A stretch of DNA of 64,000 nt. It comes from Adineta vaga. Lineage: Eukaryota > Animalia > Rotifera. The stretch lies in the NCBI GenBank assembly GCA_021613535.1, contig CP075493.1, forward strand, positions 744,001-808,000. Reading direction: 5' to 3'. The notes beneath the pieces were generated by a model. That model worked only from the letters and a program-made list of their open reading frames with translations. It did not search any database and was not told the origin of the DNA. A program made the position numbers and the translations under genes. Shown piece by piece: positions 11,535 to 24,534 of the stretch. Every line of letters starts with the position of its first letter. Within the stretch, counting starts at the first letter, position 1.

Positions 11535-13598
11535 TTATTGTAAAATTATCATTTGTAAGAAAACAAAAAAAATGAAAATAAACAGATGATTTTTTCGATA
11601 AGAATTTGCATTGTTTTTTGTAGGAGTAGTTGATGTGACAAATATTGTCGAAGTGTTTATAACAGGTTTTATGGTAGTTTCATTAATAGAAACTATTTGT
11701 GGTTCTAAATGTTCATTATTTGTTTTAAGAATATTATTTATCCAATGATAATAATAAGATAATCTTGTATAAACACCTGGTTGACCAGCAACTGCACAAC
11801 CATCACCATGTGAAACAATTCCAACTTGTTCCCAATAAAGTCCTGTCCATTGAAAGATCGGTCCACCTGAATCACCTTGACATGAATCTAAAAAAAAAGA
11901 AACAAAAAGTATTTCAATTGAAACAAAAAATTTCTTTCTAAAATTTCAAACCTTTTCCACCTTGATATAATCCTGCACAAAATTGCGTCAATGAATCATT
12001 CATTGCTTTTCGACATGTTAAATCATTATTATCAATTGCAAAAACTTCTGTTTGTTGAAGAATTTTTGGTTCTGGATTAAATTTATCGTATGTTGCTCCC
12101 CAACCAATAACACTTAATCGAGTTCCATTTTTAATATATTCGTGACTTATTAATGGTGGATCAACACGATGAATACATGTTTTTGTTAATGATGGATGTG
12201 TATTAATTTTTAATGATTCATTTAAATATAATATAGCTATATCATGACGATATCGATCTCGATAACCAAGATAATCTGGATGAATATATATTTTATTAAC
12301 AGAACGATGAATTCGTTTTGAATCTGAAAGATTTGTCATACCAGCTACAATAGAAATATGAATCGGTGTATTAAATATCGATCCTCCTTCAACACAATGA
12401 GCCGCTGTAAGAATATAAGAATCCGATAAAATACTTCCACCACAAATATGTTTATTTTTATCATTTCCACGTAATGAAACGATCATTGACCAACTTGATT
12501 CTAAAGCATTTTCTCCTCCAACAATACGTGATGGTGTTAAAAGAACAGGTGAAGGACTACAACCACATGTTAATCTATAATCACATGGATATAATATTGG
12601 AAATTGAGTTGTTGTAGATGTTATTGAATCTTCATTAATAATAGAAAATATCCATTGATTATATTCTACAGTTCGTGTATAAATGCCTAATGTTTTCAAT
12701 GGCATACAATCAATAACATATGAAGCAATTCCAATTTGTTTCCAAGTACCATAATCCCATTGAAATATTGGACTTCCCGGATCAGCTAAATATGAAAAAC
12801 AAAATTGAAAAAAAAAAATTTTATTAAATGAAACTTACCAACACAAGAAACTAAAAAGAAAAAGAACAAAATAAATTTCTTCTAATATAATTTCAAATAA
12901 AATTAACCTTTAGTTTGATTGATTAACCCAGCACAAAATTGCATAGTTCGATGTTCTTCTAAAATATAACATTGTTTTTCATAATAATCTCCTGTATAAA
13001 TTTCAATTTGTTGAAGTGAATTTTGTTGAATATGATAATCACAATTCATAAAACCCCATCCAATTAAAGCTAATTGATTTCCATTATATGGATAAATATT
13101 TGAAGGTAATGTTAATAAAGATTTTTCTTTTAAACATGTTTGTTTAATTAATGAATTCTTTTTTAAATCAAATGGTTGTGATATATGTAAAATTGCAATA
13201 TCATTTATATAATTATTAATAATTCCTTGATAATCTGAATGAATATATATTTGATCAACTTGTCGAATTATTCCATTATTATCCGAAAGATTATGAATTC
13301 CTGCATGAATAATTAGATCAAATGTTGAGATATTAACAAGACAAGAAGCAGAAGTTAAAATATAAGATTCATTTAAAATTGATCCACTACATAAATGTTT
13401 ATTATTTAAACGTATAGAAACAATCATTGACCAACTATATGGTTTAGCTTCATGTCCTTCAGATTGAATAAATTCAACTTGTTGATAACTACAACCACAT
13501 GAAAGTTGTTCATCACATTCGAATTGATTTGCATTAGTAAGAGAATTACTAAATAGAATAAGTAATAAAAGAATTTTTATAAATTGGAAATTATTCAT
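11535..13598 (-). CDS. Secreted/GPI-type tandem trypsin-like serine protease (inactive domain + active domain), 4 exons
   Basis: Signal peptide. Domain 1 has ILTSASC and ADPGSP (catalytic His and Ser lost). A 12-nt microexon lies at 12850-12839. Domain 2 has RIVGG, TAAHC, DIA and GDSGGP (last exon from ~11888), followed by a Thr-rich linker and hydrophobic C-tail. Confidence 0.85.
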
Positions 13599-13957
13599 TA
13601 TTAAAGAGACATGAAGAAATTATTTCAACGAGTTTATAGAAAAAGCTTTTTTCTTAATTCAATATTGATTTGAATATCAATATTAATCTGATTATACAAC
13701 GAAGAATTTTATGACGTAGAATATTTTAGTGATGTGTTGATAAGAACAGATTAGTAAAAATATCAAATTTCAAAATATTGTTTTTGAAATGTTCGATCAC
13801 ATTGGATTAGGAGAGTTAATATGTATATACGTCTTCAAAATATTATGAATAACGAGAATTTATTAGAAACAAAGAATAATAAGAGGATTTTCTGAGTTAT
13901 ACAAAACTTAGACAATTATTTCTTAGTACTAAAGTTGATGAAGATTTTCGCTTTTCT

Positions 13958-14683
13958 TTATCGTCGTCCAGATCTGAGACGTTTGATCTTCATAAGAGTA
14001 AATAAGTAAAGACCAATAAAAGCAAGACAGAGTAAAAATAATACAATGCCAAAGGCAAGTTGTGCAGCTGGTAATCCACCTAAGCTAGCTATACGAGAGT
14101 CACTATAACTAAAAATATCGGCTAATCTTGCCAAATGCACTCTTCTGGCGTTGATTGAAAATTCAATAATTGAAAAAGCAGTAGCAACAATGGCTCCGAC
14201 AAATGCTATCAAAGTCCAGAGACGAGTAGATTTCATCCAATCTAATAAATAATGAAAATCAAAGAATTATTATTATTATCGAAATAGAATGTTGAATATG
14301 ACTTACTAATAAGAAGCATAAGAACACCAGCAGTAATAATAAAGAATCCTGTCCATATACCAACACCAGTAGAATAAACACCAGCGTTAACTACGTCTCC
14401 GATAATACCTGAAAGAATGAAATAAAAATTTAAGCCTCTGGAATATTTTTCTTGAGAAAGAAATAATGAATATTAAAATAGAATTGTTCATACCTAATAA
14501 TGCAATTTCCAGAACAAAAATGACAACTCCAAAAAATATGATTAAACCACCAAGAATCGTAGAGATACGATACGGCCAAAGCGATTTCCATTGATGTTCG
14601 ATAGTTGACATAGGTCCATGAAAACCAATTGGAGGGCGACTGTATGGTCGAGGTTGAAATTGTGGGGGTCTATTTCCAAGCAT
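13958..14683 (-). CDS. Four-TM membrane protein, MS4A/CD20-like
   Basis: Pro-rich N-terminus and three exons with four hydrophobic helices. The middle exon reads YSTGVGIWTGFFIITAGVLMLL, resembling the MS4A TM2 motif. Confidence 0.65.
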
Positions 14684-15585
14684 TTTATTGATAATATGAA
14701 GTATTTGGAAAAATGAACAAACCTTGTTGAGATTTTTTTCTCCTGAAAATGATTTCTAATATTACAATGCTTCGTCAAACTTAATAGTATAATTTAGTAA
14801 AAAAGTCAACTTTATATTCTCATTAAAGATAAAAATCGTCATGATGAAATTATGTATGACTTTTTCTTCCTTTTTTCTTTAGTTTTGTCTCATTTGATGA
14901 GTCACGATTAGTACTTAATTGACGTGTTGACAGAATGCAGTAAATCAATCAATTGAAAAGTAAACGAAAAATAACATAAAATTAGTCACATTTTTTCTTA
15001 TCTTAGAAGAAGGAAGAGGAAGTGGTTCATAATGAAAGTAATTTCCAAATTCCTTTTCATATTAATCATAGAATATGATATTCGCAAAATGAATATATCG
15101 TAAATAGGTAAGGAAATTATTCTCTAATAGGAATATCTTGTCAGACTTGATAATGTTGAAGATATTCACTTTGCCATTTGCGAGGTTCTGGATCGATCAG
15201 TATCGAGAAATATCAATATGATAAATCAAGCCTATGGTAACCAAACAATAATGAAGATGACCGTGTTTATTGGAGGTAAACAAGCACAAAATCGAAAACA
15301 AAAAACAACTCTATATGTATAACCAGGGGTAGAGAGAGAGAGAGAGAGACGAAAACAATAGCACGACATAATAGAAGAGACATATTCTATTGGAAAGAAA
15401 GAAAATGTGCACGTCGTGACTGTAGAGAGAAATAGTTTCATGAAGCTTTTTTCATCAGACATCATGAAAAGAAATCATAACAATTGCAAGTTTCTTTCTG
15501 AAATTCTAGTTAAAATTGACATCACTACGAGAGATTTGTATAGTTTCAGAAATCGGATAACTAATGGTAGAGTTAATGAACTATG

Positions 15586-16563
15586 TTATAAAGTCTGTTG
15601 TTGTTGTTGAGAAACAAGAATATTCATGGGCAATTTTTGTTGTGCTGTACGAATTGGTTCAATAGTTGCTTGTCGTCGATTTGAGAAGAAAAGTAAAGAT
15701 TTGAGTTCTTTTCGAAATAATGAACCTGTCAATGTAAACATGTAAAATGATGTTATAGTGTTTGTAAATGCTGTGTAATTAACAACTGCAAGAATGAAAT
15801 ATTCTATTTGCATGCGTTGTAAACTTTTGCTTTCACCCATAGCCATGTGTGCATAAATTCGTTGAATAGATATTGGTAATGATAATATTTGAAATAAGAA
15901 AACTTGAACAATAAGCATCAGAGTAAGTTGACGATCTTTTACATTTACCGTACGATTCATTGGTCGATGACGAATGTTTCGAATAGTCATCCAACCAAAG
16001 AAAAACATACATAATGGCGGAAGAAGACTATAGAAAACAAGTAAACTATAATTATTGAATGTATTACAAAATTGTGATATAGGAGAACAAATAGAACCAT
16101 CTGAATTTCCATTAAAACAAAAAAACATTTGAATCCAAATTAAACATAATGCAATGAAAATCCCACCAACAGTTCGTTGAGAAACTTTGAATTGACTAAA
16201 TGAACGTATACGAACACTAGTCGAACTCGATGCATATCGATCAACACATGCTGCTACTATAAACCATGATGATGCTGACAATGGCATATATGTAAAAAAT
16301 GTTCGAATCTTACAATAGATATAGCCTTGACCTGGTATTGCGTAGATACCAAAAATAATTAAGATACGTGTTAAACAACTAAAATAGAGTGCTGCTATAT
16401 TTGCAATACTATTGGCTAGAAAGTAAACTGAACAAGATTTGTTTCGAAGTGATGAACGTGAGAAAATAAGACAATTAAGAATATTTCCAATCGTTCCAGA
16501 GATGAGCAATACAAATGACATAGAACGAATAAACTCATATTGAATAGTTGGAAGATTCGACAT
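15586..16563 (-). CDS. Rhodopsin-like (class A) orphan GPCR, intronless
   Basis: 7 TM segments, GTIGNILN, YCKIR, ACVDRY motif, FYMFTLTGSLFRKEL at the TM7/helix 8 position. Confidence 0.88.
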   Translation of the reverse strand: MSNLPTIQYEFIRSMSFVLLISGTIGNILNCLIFSRSSLRNKSCSVYFLANSIANIAALYFSCLTRILIIFGIYAIPGQGYIYCKIRTFFTYMPLSASSWFIVAACVDRYASSSTSVRIRSFSQFKVSQRTVGGIFIALCLIWIQMFFCFNGNSDGSICSPISQFCNTFNNYSLLVFYSLLPPLCMFFFGWMTIRNIRHRPMNRTVNVKDRQLTLMLIVQVFLFQILSLPISIQRIYAHMAMGESKSLQRMQIEYFILAVVNYTAFTNTITSFYMFTLTGSLFRKELKSLLFFSNRRQATIEPIRTAQQKLPMNILVSQQQQQTL

Positions 16564-17774
16564 GGCCAACTGAATTTCGTTGAAGTATTTTTTAAAAATG
16601 CACTTGATAAATATAGCACGTCTTCTTTTTTTTTTTGAGCGTGTAAGCTATGTTTATATAAAAGACTTCTGAAGGCAAAAACATTCTTTTTCTGTTCTTT
16701 TAATTAACTTTGTCAATTACGATTCACATTTGAAGAAGGAGAACAAGAAGAAGAAAAACAAAAGATGGCTTCGTTGAATTTAGTGACATCATGTATATGA
16801 TAATGCTCTATGAGACTGTGTGGCAGGATAATTTGAGTTCAATAACATCCTCACAAACATTAATACTCGTATATATCCATTTTCAATGGGATCGGTCAAA
16901 AGATAGAGCAACCTTACATAGAAGTACTCTGATTTCATTTTAAACCCATATAATAGATTGCGACGAAAAGCTTATAAATACGGAAAGTCATAATTTCATG
17001 ATATTATTGAAAAAGAATAATAAAGATTATAACCTTTAATTTTTCATCATATTTATATAGTATTTAAAGATGTGAGTCATAAAGGCCCCTAAGAATCACT
17101 TCCATACTCACATTCTCTAAAGATTTATCGTATATTTTTAGTTGATTCCTAATTCTATTAATGTCGATCAAAATAAATCCATATTTTCTTTGAAATCTCT
17201 TTTCTATGATTGAATCATATCATACACATTAAATTATTAACAATATTTGATATACGTAAATTTTCTATTTAACGACATGTGTTGTCGATCATCATTTATT
17301 ATGATCATTATCTAATAAGTTATACTTTCTAATTTGAATGTTTTCATTAATATTTCGTTTATATAGTTCAACAAACAGTTTAAATCGTTCTTATAAAAAA
17401 TGTTATTCGAATACGTCAAGTTCTATATGCCATTTCCACTAAAGAACGCATGTACTTTTGTTAAATATGATCAGAAAAGTGGTGTGTTTGAGTATAACAT
17501 ATGATGAATAATAAAATACAACCCACTATGCGATAATGCAGATGAATATACAAAGAATAAATGTCAACAATTCATAAGAGTGAAGTTTTGCAATATCATA
17601 TTTGAATTCAAAATTTGTGACGTCAAGATAAGAAAATGAAAGTATTATTCTTGTCAAAGAAATAAAATTATTTATCGTTTGTTACTATTGTGGGAGTTTT
17701 ACACATACATATATATGAGACACTATGAATCAAGAATTTATTCTTCTCCAGATTAACTTTTTAAAGAGTTTTCT

Positions 17775-19140
17775 ATGCATAATAATCCAGTATATAGTGA
17801 AATTATTGTTGGAAATAATCGACAACATAAATGGTACAAACGTCGTTGGTTTAAGATTTTTTGTGTATCATTTATTGTTTTAACAATCTTTACAATCACT
17901 CTCTCTCTTATATTGAAATTCGTAGTTTTTGCATCAAAAAAAGAAACAACCAATACAACGCCATTGTCGAAAACGACACTAACATCATCAACGACGACAT
18001 CGACATCACCAACGACGAAACCAACATCAGTACAAACATCATCAGAGACAATATCAACAAGAGAGGTAACCTCAGTGCTAGTGTCATTGTCAACAACAAC
18101 AGCCATAACGTCCACAGAAACTTTATTAACAATAACAACAACGCCGATACCAAATACAAGCACAACAAAGCAGGCATGTAAACTCCTTTTCCTTAATCTT
18201 CTTTTCACATCATATAATCATGTTTTATACGAATATGATAGAACAGTAAGATTAGCGTGAGAATAGAAGCATAGTCACAGCGCGTATCATTTATCTTTAC
18301 AGTAGAGAACAAGTTAAGACGTAAGAGTCATTTATATAATTTGAGAATAAACGATCGATATTCATAGAAGACAATTTAAAAATCGTGGTGAATGCACAAC
18401 TAATGCAAACAAGTTTTCGATCTTTTGTTTATGTACAATAACATCTGTAATGAAAATAAAAATTTTCCGACACACTTAGAGATTTTTTGTTTTAGTTGAA
18501 AAAAAGTGATAAAAGATGGAAAATCCTCTCTTTCCAATAGAATCTATGATAATATATTTTTAGAATGGATTTTTACTAGTAATATGACATATTCACGAGG
18601 AAATCATCAGGCATCGATATTACCAAATGGAAAAGTTTTGATTTCTGGTGGACGGTATAGACATCGCTTGTTTCTAGATAGTGCTGAATTATATGATCCA
18701 TTAACAGGTGATTGGACAAAAACAGGAGACATGAATATTGAAAGAGAAGGGCATCAATCATCGGTATTATTAGATGGAAAGGTATTGATTAATGGTGGAA
18801 GTAATAAGTATGGTTTTTTGAATAATACTGAATTATATGATCCATCAACAAGAGATTGGACAGTAACAGGAGATATGAATTTTAAACGAAGTGAACATTC
18901 ATCATCGACATTACCAAGTGGAAAAGTATTAGTTGCAGGTGGCTGGGATGTTTTTGCTGATTTTGCAGCCTTAGGAAATGCTGAATTATATGATCCATTA
19001 ACAGGCCATTAGACAATGACAGGAAACATGACTTTTCCACGATACACTCATATTGCATCGGTATTGTCAAATGGAAAAGTACTGATTACTGGTGGATCGT
19101 ATGGTGTTTCTAGATATTATCTGAATAGTACTGAATTATT
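17775..19140 (+). pseudogene. Type II membrane protein (TM + Thr/Ser stalk) with Kelch repeats; premature stop
   Basis: Exon 17775-~18176 encodes a TM helix and Thr-rich stalk. The exon from ~18564 has four Kelch repeats (GKVLISGG...AELYDP). TAG at 19010-19012 replaces the conserved Trp, and a further repeat continues in frame after it. Joining of the two exons is inferred. Confidence 0.6.
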
Positions 19141-19246
19141 TTTTTTAGACATTAAATAGATGCGATATTCATTTTCTCTATTTGTTAAAATCGAAAAGGA
19201 ATTGTTTGAAGTTGTTGTTTGCGACTCGAATTAAGAAAATGAATCT

Positions 19247-19450
19247 TCATGAGAAAAGAGCAATATAAGCAAAACAGAGTAAAAATAACACAGCATTAAC
19301 AGCAAATTGGACAGCTGGTAGTGCATCTAAACTAGCTATACGAGAGTTGTTATAGCTGAATATATATCGAATATTTTTGCCATATATATTCTTTTCTATA
19401 ATTGAAAAAATAACTGTGAAAGTTCCTATGCGAGTAGATTTCATTCAATC
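19247..19450 (-). pseudogene. Orphan duplicate of the last exon of the 13958-14683 membrane-protein gene
   Basis: MKSTR...IFSYNNSRIASLDALPAVQFA...VLFLLCFAYI parallels MKSTR...IFSYSDSRIASLGGLPAAQLA...VLFLLCLAFI. No upstream exons were seen. Confidence 0.7.
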
Positions 19451-19617
19451 TAGTTAAGTTAAACAATACTACGCTGAAATATGAATTGATATTTTGACAC
19501 TTATTATCACACTATACTAACTGAAATTCGATATCATTACAATAAATCGTCAACTATTAAGACTAAAAATATCGATTAAGAAATGAATATATATATGGAT
19601 GAAAGTCAGTTGAAAAA

Positions 19618-20728
19618 CTAATAAACATCAACGAGTTTGATTTTCTTAAGAATAGTCTTTGCAAATGCCATTCCTCCATCAGATGAATTATCCAAAAAGA
19701 AACCAGGTTCAATAAGTTCAAGTTCAACAACACATAACTTATTAGTTATATTATTACGTAATATATCAATACGTGCATAAATTGGCATTTCAGGACAAGC
19801 TTTCAATGTAATATCAACCAATATTTGAATTTCTGATGAAATATTATCAAGAGTAACACATGTACCACCATATTTCGTTTGTACACGAAAATCATTTTGA
19901 TGAACAGTTTTTTTTACAACATGACTTATTTGACCATCAAAGATAATAACAGATATTTCACCTTCATGAGAAATATTTGTCATAAATGGTTGAATCATCA
20001 TTGAACCAATTTGAGGAATTTTATTCAATTTTTCTATTGCTTCATTAATAGAAATTGATTCTAAATAAGGAAAAGATAAAAAAATATGAGAAATAAATTT
20101 TATCTTCATCTATATACTTGGTTTTGAAACAAAATCATCATTTCCAATCAAAACTCGTATTATATTATCACTACTTGCAGATATTTGTGGTTTAATAATA
20201 AGATCAAAAGTATTAAAATATCCAGTTGCTTCAATTAGTTTTGTTTCATCAATATGATCAACAAAAATCGTAGGAATTATAGGTATACCTTTCATTTCTA
20301 AATCTTTTAAATAAGTTTTCTTTGTATTCCATAAAAGAAGTTTAACTGAATTAATTAATCGAAGTGTTTCAGGCCAAGATTGAAGCCATGTTAACCAACG
20401 ATTCGTTTGTAAATGATAATTCCAAACAAGATTTACTAAATAAATATGTGATGATTGAATTGATAGTGGAGATTCATACCAAGGTATTGATAAAACATTT
20501 ATATTTAATGATTGAAAATTCGCTTCATGTCGATGAAATGATGATTGCCATTCAGAATCATCGGGATTTGGAGTTAAAAAAATGATTGTTGGATTATCAA
20601 ATAATCTTGGAATACTTCGACGAATTGATCTAAATACAAATTCCTTTTCTTTTCTTCATTTCAATAAATATAAATTCTACTTACTCATTTGATTTTAAAT
20701 CTTGATCTTCATTCGATAAATTTAACAT
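19618..20728 (-). CDS. Bacterial-type ATP-grasp ligase (RimK/glutathione-synthetase-like), 3 exons
   Basis: Spliced translation shows WNYH, WNTKKTYLKDL..GIP, IIKPQISASS, MIQPF, GEIS, DFRVQ..YGG, YARID and ELELIEP. GT-AG introns at ~20684-20630 and ~20117-20061. Confidence 0.8.
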
Positions 20729-21164
20729 TATTTATAATTATTGAAAATGAATTCCTTAAAATACAATTTGAACTTTACTATTCGATAGCATCATCTATCG
20801 GAGAGTATTTCTCATTCGTTAATCATATCGAATGAGTAAATCAAAATATATTATTTTTATTATTGAAATCTTCTTTGAAAAGATCGATTTAGAGAAATAA
20901 TATTCAATAGATTATTTCCTTAGTTATATATTTTAGATCTTTATCAAAAGATGACAACTCGACTTACTTTTTTATTGTAAAGAGATTACACAGGTAGAAT
21001 TTCTTTCTTAAAAGAAAAAGACTATGTGAATATTTTCATTCTCAAAATAAAAAAAAGAAAGGAAGAAAAGAATATTATAAGATTTCCTATTTTCTCTTCT
21101 CGTTCTTTCAATGAGTTATGCAAATATTAAAATCTATATAATTTCTATTTCAAAGATATAAATA

Positions 21165-22418
21165 ATGACTAATAAGTCTTCTAATCATATTCAATATGCA
21201 GATAATTCATTATATTCATCAAATCATTGGATTTTCGAACCTTGTTTATTAACTGATCATAAAATGATTGCAATTATATATTTTCATCAATCAGATTATG
21301 CAATTTATTTAAATCCTAATGATAAACGTGGTTATCGTTCTATTATTCGTTTAATTAATAATCATCAAATGATTTCTACATTAAATCGAATTTATACATC
21401 AATAGAAAGAATTGGTCTTTCATTAATCATGTCATTAGTTAGTGAATCATATACTCATATTGTTCCTATTGTACAAAATATTATTGCTGGTAATAATTCT
21501 CATTCATTTGATTTACAAACAGGTATTATTCAATTGGGTAATGATGATGAACCATGTTTTCTTCATGGACATGTATTTGGACGTGGAAATCCAAATGAAA
21601 ATTATATTGATGATGTTAAATTAGATGGTCCTATTCCAGGAGAGATTTTTGATTTAAGGGAAAATAAAATTCAATGGAAATCTGAAGAAATAAAGAAAGT
21701 TACTGAAAGAATTAAAAATGAAATAAATAAACTTGAAAATATTTATAAATCATTTGGTTTAACGATTTTTCTTGAAAATCTTTCATATGATATTTATATA
21801 ATACGACATGGTGAAACTAATTGGAATATTCAACGAAAACTTCAAGGACATACAGATATTCCATTGAATGAAAAAGGATTATTACAAGCTGAACAACTTC
21901 AAGAGAAATTTCAAGATTTTCATTTTTCAAAAGTAGTTTCATCAGATTTACAACGAGCTTATTCAACAGCTCAATTAATTGTTAAATCAATTCAAATTGA
22001 AAAATCTTCTTTACTTAGAGAAAAATCTTTTGGTCAATGGGAAGGACATTTGATTGAAGAACTTCATTCTTATTTAAAACAATTATATGATATTGAACAT
22101 TTTACAAAAGAACAATATTTATCTTTTAAATGGGAAGATAATGCTGAAAGTTTTTCTGATGTTTATCAAAGATTTCAAACATTAATTCGTTCGATTTTTA
22201 TTTCAAATTTAAAGACAAATGATCCTATTTTATTTTCAACTCATGGTGGTGTATTAAGAGCTATTTTATATCATTTAGATTTTCATCAAGGATTTCGTTG
22301 GCAAATAACCAATTGTGCTTTTCTTAAACTTACAGTTCATGTAGATGGACAAATCTTTCTTAAAGAATCAAATGGAATTAAACTTATTAAAGCTGACGAA
22401 AATTTATGCTCATTTTAA
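21165..22418 (+). CDS. Fusion: N-terminal HIT-like/unknown domain + C-terminal histidine phosphatase (GpmB/CobC-like)
   Basis: The C-half has IRHGETNWN, QGHTDIPLN, SSDLQRA, LRE..FGQWEG and THGG. The N-half has LHGHVFGRG. Intronless, 417 aa. Confidence 0.8.
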   Translation: MTNKSSNHIQYADNSLYSSNHWIFEPCLLTDHKMIAIIYFHQSDYAIYLNPNDKRGYRSIIRLINNHQMISTLNRIYTSIERIGLSLIMSLVSESYTHIVPIVQNIIAGNNSHSFDLQTGIIQLGNDDEPCFLHGHVFGRGNPNENYIDDVKLDGPIPGEIFDLRENKIQWKSEEIKKVTERIKNEINKLENIYKSFGLTIFLENLSYDIYIIRHGETNWNIQRKLQGHTDIPLNEKGLLQAEQLQEKFQDFHFSKVVSSDLQRAYSTAQLIVKSIQIEKSSLLREKSFGQWEGHLIEELHSYLKQLYDIEHFTKEQYLSFKWEDNAESFSDVYQRFQTLIRSIFISNLKTNDPILFSTHGGVLRAILYHLDFHQGFRWQITNCAFLKLTVHVDGQIFLKESNGIKLIKADENLCSF

Positions 22419-23224
22419 ACATATTTATAAGCATTTTTCAATTTTTATTATTATGATATTAAATTCTATTTTGAAATCTCTTTTCTTTTTGATGTTCCTA
22501 TATGAAAAATATTTCTATTTACTAACGTCATTGAATTCAATAATCTTATATCGTATACCTCCGACAGGTTCTAATGTTCTTATTTCAGAACAGGAACCGT
22601 GAAAAGATCGACAATTTTCACAATAAACTACTCTTATAGAAGTCTATTTCTGTGCAAAGTTTCAACTTAAAATTGGAAAATCAGTTTATCTGTCTCCGGA
22701 GGCGGAGGAGTACGGCATTGTGCTTATTTGAAAATATCACAAAAATGCAGTATTTAAACAATAATAAGTTAGCGGTTCGAGCTCTTTTCAGAGTATTCAT
22801 AACTTATTAAGATTTATATTGTATAAGTTCTCTTGGCTAGAAAGCAATTTAACAATTGAGAATCTTCTCTCTACAGTTTAGATATTCATTTTTCTCTATA
22901 TTTCTTCATGTTAAGAAATATGTTTCTGATAATAAATGATGAAAAATATAAATTGTAATATAATTCAGTGGTAACTATACATTACTATTGTTGAATTAAC
23001 AATGAGAAAAAAAAACATTGATAATATCTAACAACAAGAAGAAACTCTTATCAGTAAAGAATAATCTACATATCTTTACTATTTTACTTTTAAAGTAAAA
23101 TATCAATATAAATAGAAACCTTGATTTTCTTTTTAATAAATGATTAGTTTTATTGTGGAAATAAAAAAAAAAACTTTGAAATGATGAAATATTGTTTATA
23201 TTTTAATTCAATATGGAAATTGAT

Positions 23225-23682
23225 TTAATATCCAAGTTTTTTGAATGCTAAAACTAATGTTGAAAGAATAATACCAATAGTCATTGTTGAAGTAAGACGA
23301 CCAGTTGAATTACATAATTCAGTATTACAACAACAATATAAAACACTTCCTGCAAGAGGAACACTAACTTTTGAACATCCATTTTTTGTACATGAACCTT
23401 GAGGATTAACTGTATAAGCATCACGAGTTATTGATTTTATACCTAAAAATTCTCCTTTCGATTTCTATGAAATAAAAAAAATGTTTTAATTTTCTTTGAA
23501 ATCATATTTCTTACTGTACAATATCCTGTTTTTGATTCAACAGTTGCAATACCATTGGAACTAAATTTATCATAGCATCCTGTACCTTCACCACCGTCAC
23601 ATTGATAACATTTCAAAGCCGATGTTGGAATTAATTGAATTCCAAGTAAAACAAGAAGAATTGTAACACTATAAAGTTGCAT
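23225..23682 (-). CDS. Ly6/uPAR three-finger (quiver/sleepless-like) GPI-anchored protein, 2 exons
   Basis: Signal peptide + LKCYQC. The second exon ends CCCNTELCN followed by a hydrophobic tail. Confidence 0.85.
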
Positions 23683-24534
23683 TGTATATAGTTTTAATAA
23701 ATTTTAACATAAAAGATCACCATCTTTTATACAACTAGATGAGAAGCTGTTATCATTTTGTAATTACTAAACTGTTGTGAAATATATCTTTAAATAAATA
23801 AAATAATAATTTTATTATTATATTTATCTTTTATTTACTATATTTTGTAATTCATTCGTCATATCTACGTCATTATTTCTTATCGATATTCATTTTATTA
23901 AATTTTTTTTCTTAAGGACAAAGATAATAAATGTATATGTGTTTATTGTTACTAAGACAAATTCATAAAAGAGATATTTTATTACGATTCATTTTATAGA
24001 ACACAATTCTTTTTCTTTCTTATACAATTAATAGTAGATACATTTTTCAATAACGTCACTCAAAATTCTTTGACTATAGCTTAACATATTCAAATGAAAA
24101 TTTTTATTTATAGAACAGATTATCAGATACATATATACATTTCCATAATTTTCGTTAAAAATGACTATATAAAATAGTAAATATAGAACAGATATTGTTT
24201 CTTGTTCATATTACCATTGTAATACATATAAGTTTATTATAATATTTAAGAAATATACAATTGTTTCACGTGAAGAAGAAAAACTATATAAATAAATACA
24301 AAATTACAAAAGAATATCATGTCATTGATGTATCACAATTTCTATACACCTGATGATTTAAAGATGAGATAATGTAGTATGAAATTGAACATGAAAGTTT
24401 TTCAATAACTGAGTTTTATTCGTATTGAAATTCTAAAATGAAGATACTAAATGAAATTTTCAATTTTCTTGAGTGAAACTCTCAAATCATTTGAAGGGTG
24501 TAGATATTGGTTAATCTTCTATCTTCTTCTTCTA

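Noticed and set aside
17753-18208. Val/Asp-rich - strand ORF and other overlapping ORFs
   Set aside because: Antisense or alternative-frame shadows of the Thr/Ser-rich + strand exon.
22555-22713. Possible MITE (TACCTCCG... / ...CGGAGGAGTA)
   Set aside because: The inverted ends are too short and gapped, and there is no second copy in the window.
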